Below, piece by piece: positions 61,255 through 64,000 of a stretch of 64,000 bases of DNA. The notes beneath the pieces are model-generated. The model was not told the origin of the DNA. It ran no database searches and saw nothing but the letters and a program-made list of their open reading frames with translations. Position numbers and translations under genes: made by a program. Source of the stretch: Octopus sinensis (taxonomy: Eukaryota); contig NC_043010.1 in the NCBI RefSeq assembly GCF_006345805.1, positions 61,752,001 to 61,816,000 on the forward strand. The letters run 5' to 3'. Within the stretch, counting starts at the first letter, position 1. Each line of letters begins with the position of its first letter.

Positions 61255-62126
61255 TATATATAATGCACGTGCGTGTGTTTGTGTCTGTGTATGCGTTTGG
61301 TCCCTGTTCTATACATCTCATCAACATACATATTATATTGAAGAAGGACTGGTTTTAATTCCGTGATTTTCGACTAACGAGCTAAAATGTCTGCCAAGAT
61401 AATTAGTTGTAATTTCTTAACACAATTTGACAGTGGGAAAAAAAAAAAAAAAGAAAAATTGTTTTTTTTTTCTTAAAAAAAGTCTCCATATAAATTAGTA
61501 AATTTTTCAGAAAGTTTTTTAAAAAAATAACACCCAACCGTACCATTTCCCTCCGTGAGACGACCAAATCGAAACAGTTTTGTTTTGCCAGAGATTAATA
61601 AAAATATCAAATGGCTCCAGTTTCGTTTCCGAAGAAGTCTTTGTTAAAACATTCTGTTGACATTGATGTAAAATTGGTAAATAGTTTCTACAAAATAGGG
61701 TGGAAAATATATGAAAATGTGTAAAAGTTCTTGTAGAAGAGACATGAGCAACAATTAATGAAGAAGATTTCTTCTTTTTCTTTTCTTTTTTCTTTCTTTT
61801 TCACTTTTTTTTTATTTATTCAGATTTTTTTGTTTTGGTTTTGTTTTTAGTTATTTGTTTTCGGTTTTTTTGCTTTTTTCTAGAAACTGTTCAATGTCTG
61901 GGTCGATGTAAAAAGCTAAGGAGAAATAATCCAGTTTTGGAGGAATTGCTGTCTCCCCCCACCCCCCAACCCCCCACCCCCCCGAAAAAAGATGGCATCG
62001 CAAGTTGTTGTCTGCAAGACTCTGGAGCAGAGTTAAAATATGAAGAATTTTTTTTCTTTTTTATTTCCGATTGTAAGAAGAATCTTTGCACTCAGCTGAG
62101 TGGGGCACTTAAATGGAGAATTGCTT

Positions 62127-63644
62127 TTATACAGGGTTTTGTAACCCTGGGTAGAGAGTCTGCCATAACAGAGTACTCATCGGTGTGTACTCTTTGATGT
62201 TCTTGCATGAAGTTGGCTTCAAGAAATTGTTCCGGACAGGTTTATGTATTCTTTTGTGATTTTGCATTTCTTCCATGGTGGCAAACTGCTTTGTACATAT
62301 GTCACACTGTGGCGGTGAAGTGGGGGCCGGCAAGTGTGACCGCTGGTGAATCAACATTGTATCCCGTTCCGAGAACTGCTGCAGGCAGATCTCACACTGA
62401 AACGGTTTATCGACTATTGCAGCGTGCATGTGCTTCTTATGCGCCAGCAGCTGCGCTTTCCTAACAAACTGCTCCCTGCAAATGTCGCAGTGGAACGGCT
62501 TTTCACCTGTGTGGGTGCGAGTGTGGATCTGCAGTTTGTCTTTCCGAGCAAACTGCTTCGAGCAAACATCACACTGGAAGGGCTTCTCACCTGTGTGGAT
62601 ACGACGGTGTATTTTCAGGTAACATCTCTGAACAAACTGCTTAGGACAGAGGTCGCAATGGAATGGCTTCTCCCCTGTGTGTGTTCTTCGATGGATCTGC
62701 AGCCGGTCGCTGCGAGCAAACTGTTTCGAGCAGATCTCGCAGTGGAACGGCTTCTCCCCCGTGTGGGTTCGCTCGTGGATCAACAGTTTGTCTTTCTGAA
62801 CAAACTGTTTCGGGCAGTAATTGCAATGAAACAACTTCTCACCTGTGTGTGTTCGCCTATGCAACTGCAGCTTGTCACCACGAGAAAACTGTTTGGTGCA
62901 AAATTCACAATGGAACGGCTTCTCACCTGTGTGGATTCTTTGATGAATTTTTAACTTATTTCGCTGAACAAATTGCTTGTCGCAAAGATTGCAATGGAAC
63001 GGTTTCTCGCCTGTGTGCGTGCTTCGGTGGATTTTGAGTTTGTCCTTCCGAGAGAACTGCTTCGGGCAGAACTCGCAATGGAACGGCTTCTCCCCCGTGT
63101 GGATCCGCTCATGGATTTGGAGCTTGTCACGATGAATAAACTGCTTATCGCAGAAACTACAATGGAATAATTTCTCACCTGTGTGCAGTCTTTGATGCAG
63201 TTGCAGCGTATTTCTGCGTGCAAACTGTTTGGGACAAGAATCACACTGAAACTGTTTGACCGGCGGCGCCTCAATTTTGGGTATTATTGGTGCAATCTTG
63301 TTTGGAGTGATGGGGGGTTTGGGACAGACCGGGGGCGTGGGTGGAGCAGCCGGTGGCGGCTTCTCAATGTTATGCATCCGTTCATGGCTCTGGACGTAGC
63401 AGTTCTGTGCAAACTGTTTTCCGTACACGTCAGGGTGGAACAATTTCTGGTTTGAATGAACCAAACCGTGAGTCTGTAGGTAGTAGCCCTGCATGAACTG
63501 GTTGCCGTAAATCTCATTGTGGAAGGGTTTGTCAGTCATGTGGGGCATTCTGTGGTGTGCCATTGTGTTGGGGAGGGGCGAGAACTGGGGCTTTGTAGCA
63601 ATAGCATTGTGGATTGAGGCATCGCTAGGCAGGGTCTCCATCAT
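62127..63644 (-). CDS. C2H2 zinc-finger protein, about 505 aa: 2 vestigial fingers, Pro-rich spacer, 12 C2H2 fingers
   Basis: FHCxxCxKQFxxxxxLxIHxRxH-TGEKP repeats; the ORF track starts at TTG 63671 but the first ATG is 63644, with an in-frame TGA at 63696-63698. Confidence 0.96.
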   Translation of the reverse strand: MMETLPSDASIHNAIATKPQFSPLPNTMAHHRMPHMTDKPFHNEIYGNQFMQGYYLQTHGLVHSNQKLFHPDVYGKQFAQNCYVQSHERMHNIEKPPPAAPPTPPVCPKPPITPNKIAPIIPKIEAPPVKQFQCDSCPKQFARRNTLQLHQRLHTGEKLFHCSFCDKQFIHRDKLQIHERIHTGEKPFHCEFCPKQFSRKDKLKIHRSTHTGEKPFHCNLCDKQFVQRNKLKIHQRIHTGEKPFHCEFCTKQFSRGDKLQLHRRTHTGEKLFHCNYCPKQFVQKDKLLIHERTHTGEKPFHCEICSKQFARSDRLQIHRRTHTGEKPFHCDLCPKQFVQRCYLKIHRRIHTGEKPFQCDVCSKQFARKDKLQIHTRTHTGEKPFHCDICREQFVRKAQLLAHKKHMHAAIVDKPFQCEICLQQFSERDTMLIHQRSHLPAPTSPPQCDICTKQFATMEEMQNHKRIHKPVRNNFLKPTSCKNIKEYTPMSTLLWQTLYPGLQNPV

Positions 63645-63791
63645 TGATCGAAGGGGGTTTCGTTGTTTCAATGAAAATATTGGTAAGGTTGGAGGTCAGT
63701 GTGTTGTTTTAGGGTAACTGCTTGGTGTGGACTATACAAAGGCTGTCAGATGATGGGGCTCCATGAAAGGGCTTCGCAGATTAATGGTTAC

Positions 63792-63822
63792 CTGAAAATA
63801 AACGAAAGGAAACATTAACTAA
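63792..63822 (-). promoter_or_regulatory. Splice acceptor of the coding exon of the minus-strand ZF gene
   Basis: Minus strand TTAGTTAATGTTTCCTTTCGTTTATTTTCAG|G; exon would start at 63791. Confidence 0.7.
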
Positions 63823-64000
63823 AATGTATATTATTGATAGAAAACTGTCATCATATCTGTGGGTGTATCTGTGTGGATGAAAGAGTGTGTGTGTGTGTAC
63901 ACACACACACATATGAATATGTATATGTAAATACATGTGTAAGAATGTGTTCAAACAAAACTAATATAAAACAATTACAGACATGGAATTCAATACATTA

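Overview
AT-rich, repeat-dense eukaryotic genomic DNA. The SINE set, the (TA)n/(CA)n microsatellites and the long intronless C2H2 ORFs suggest an octopus/coleoid cephalopod (inference, not a database result). There are two convergent C2H2 zinc-finger genes. The first (27403-31074, +, 1223 aa, 27 fingers) is built from a repeated A-B-C(-C) finger module with Phe-Phe at helix positions +2/+3. The second (62127-63644, -, about 505 aa) has 12 intact fingers and 2 vestigial ones. The rest is mostly tRNA-derived SINEs, RTE LINE 3' ends, and mariner, Tigger, piggyBac-type, hAT-type and Helitron/Helentron-type relics. Highlights read directly from the sequence: (1) about 12 Penelope-type minimal hammerhead ribozyme motifs from several families, including a G3-C8 core-swap variant; (2) a tRNA-headed, hammerhead-bearing short element inserted as inverted cassettes with 13-bp target-site duplications; (3) a U6 snRNA retrocopy fused directly to an RTE LINE 3' end; (4) mariner fragments bracketed by long direct duplications instead of TA. 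Repeat boundaries are approximate (about +/-10-20 bp) and family names come from recall, not searches.
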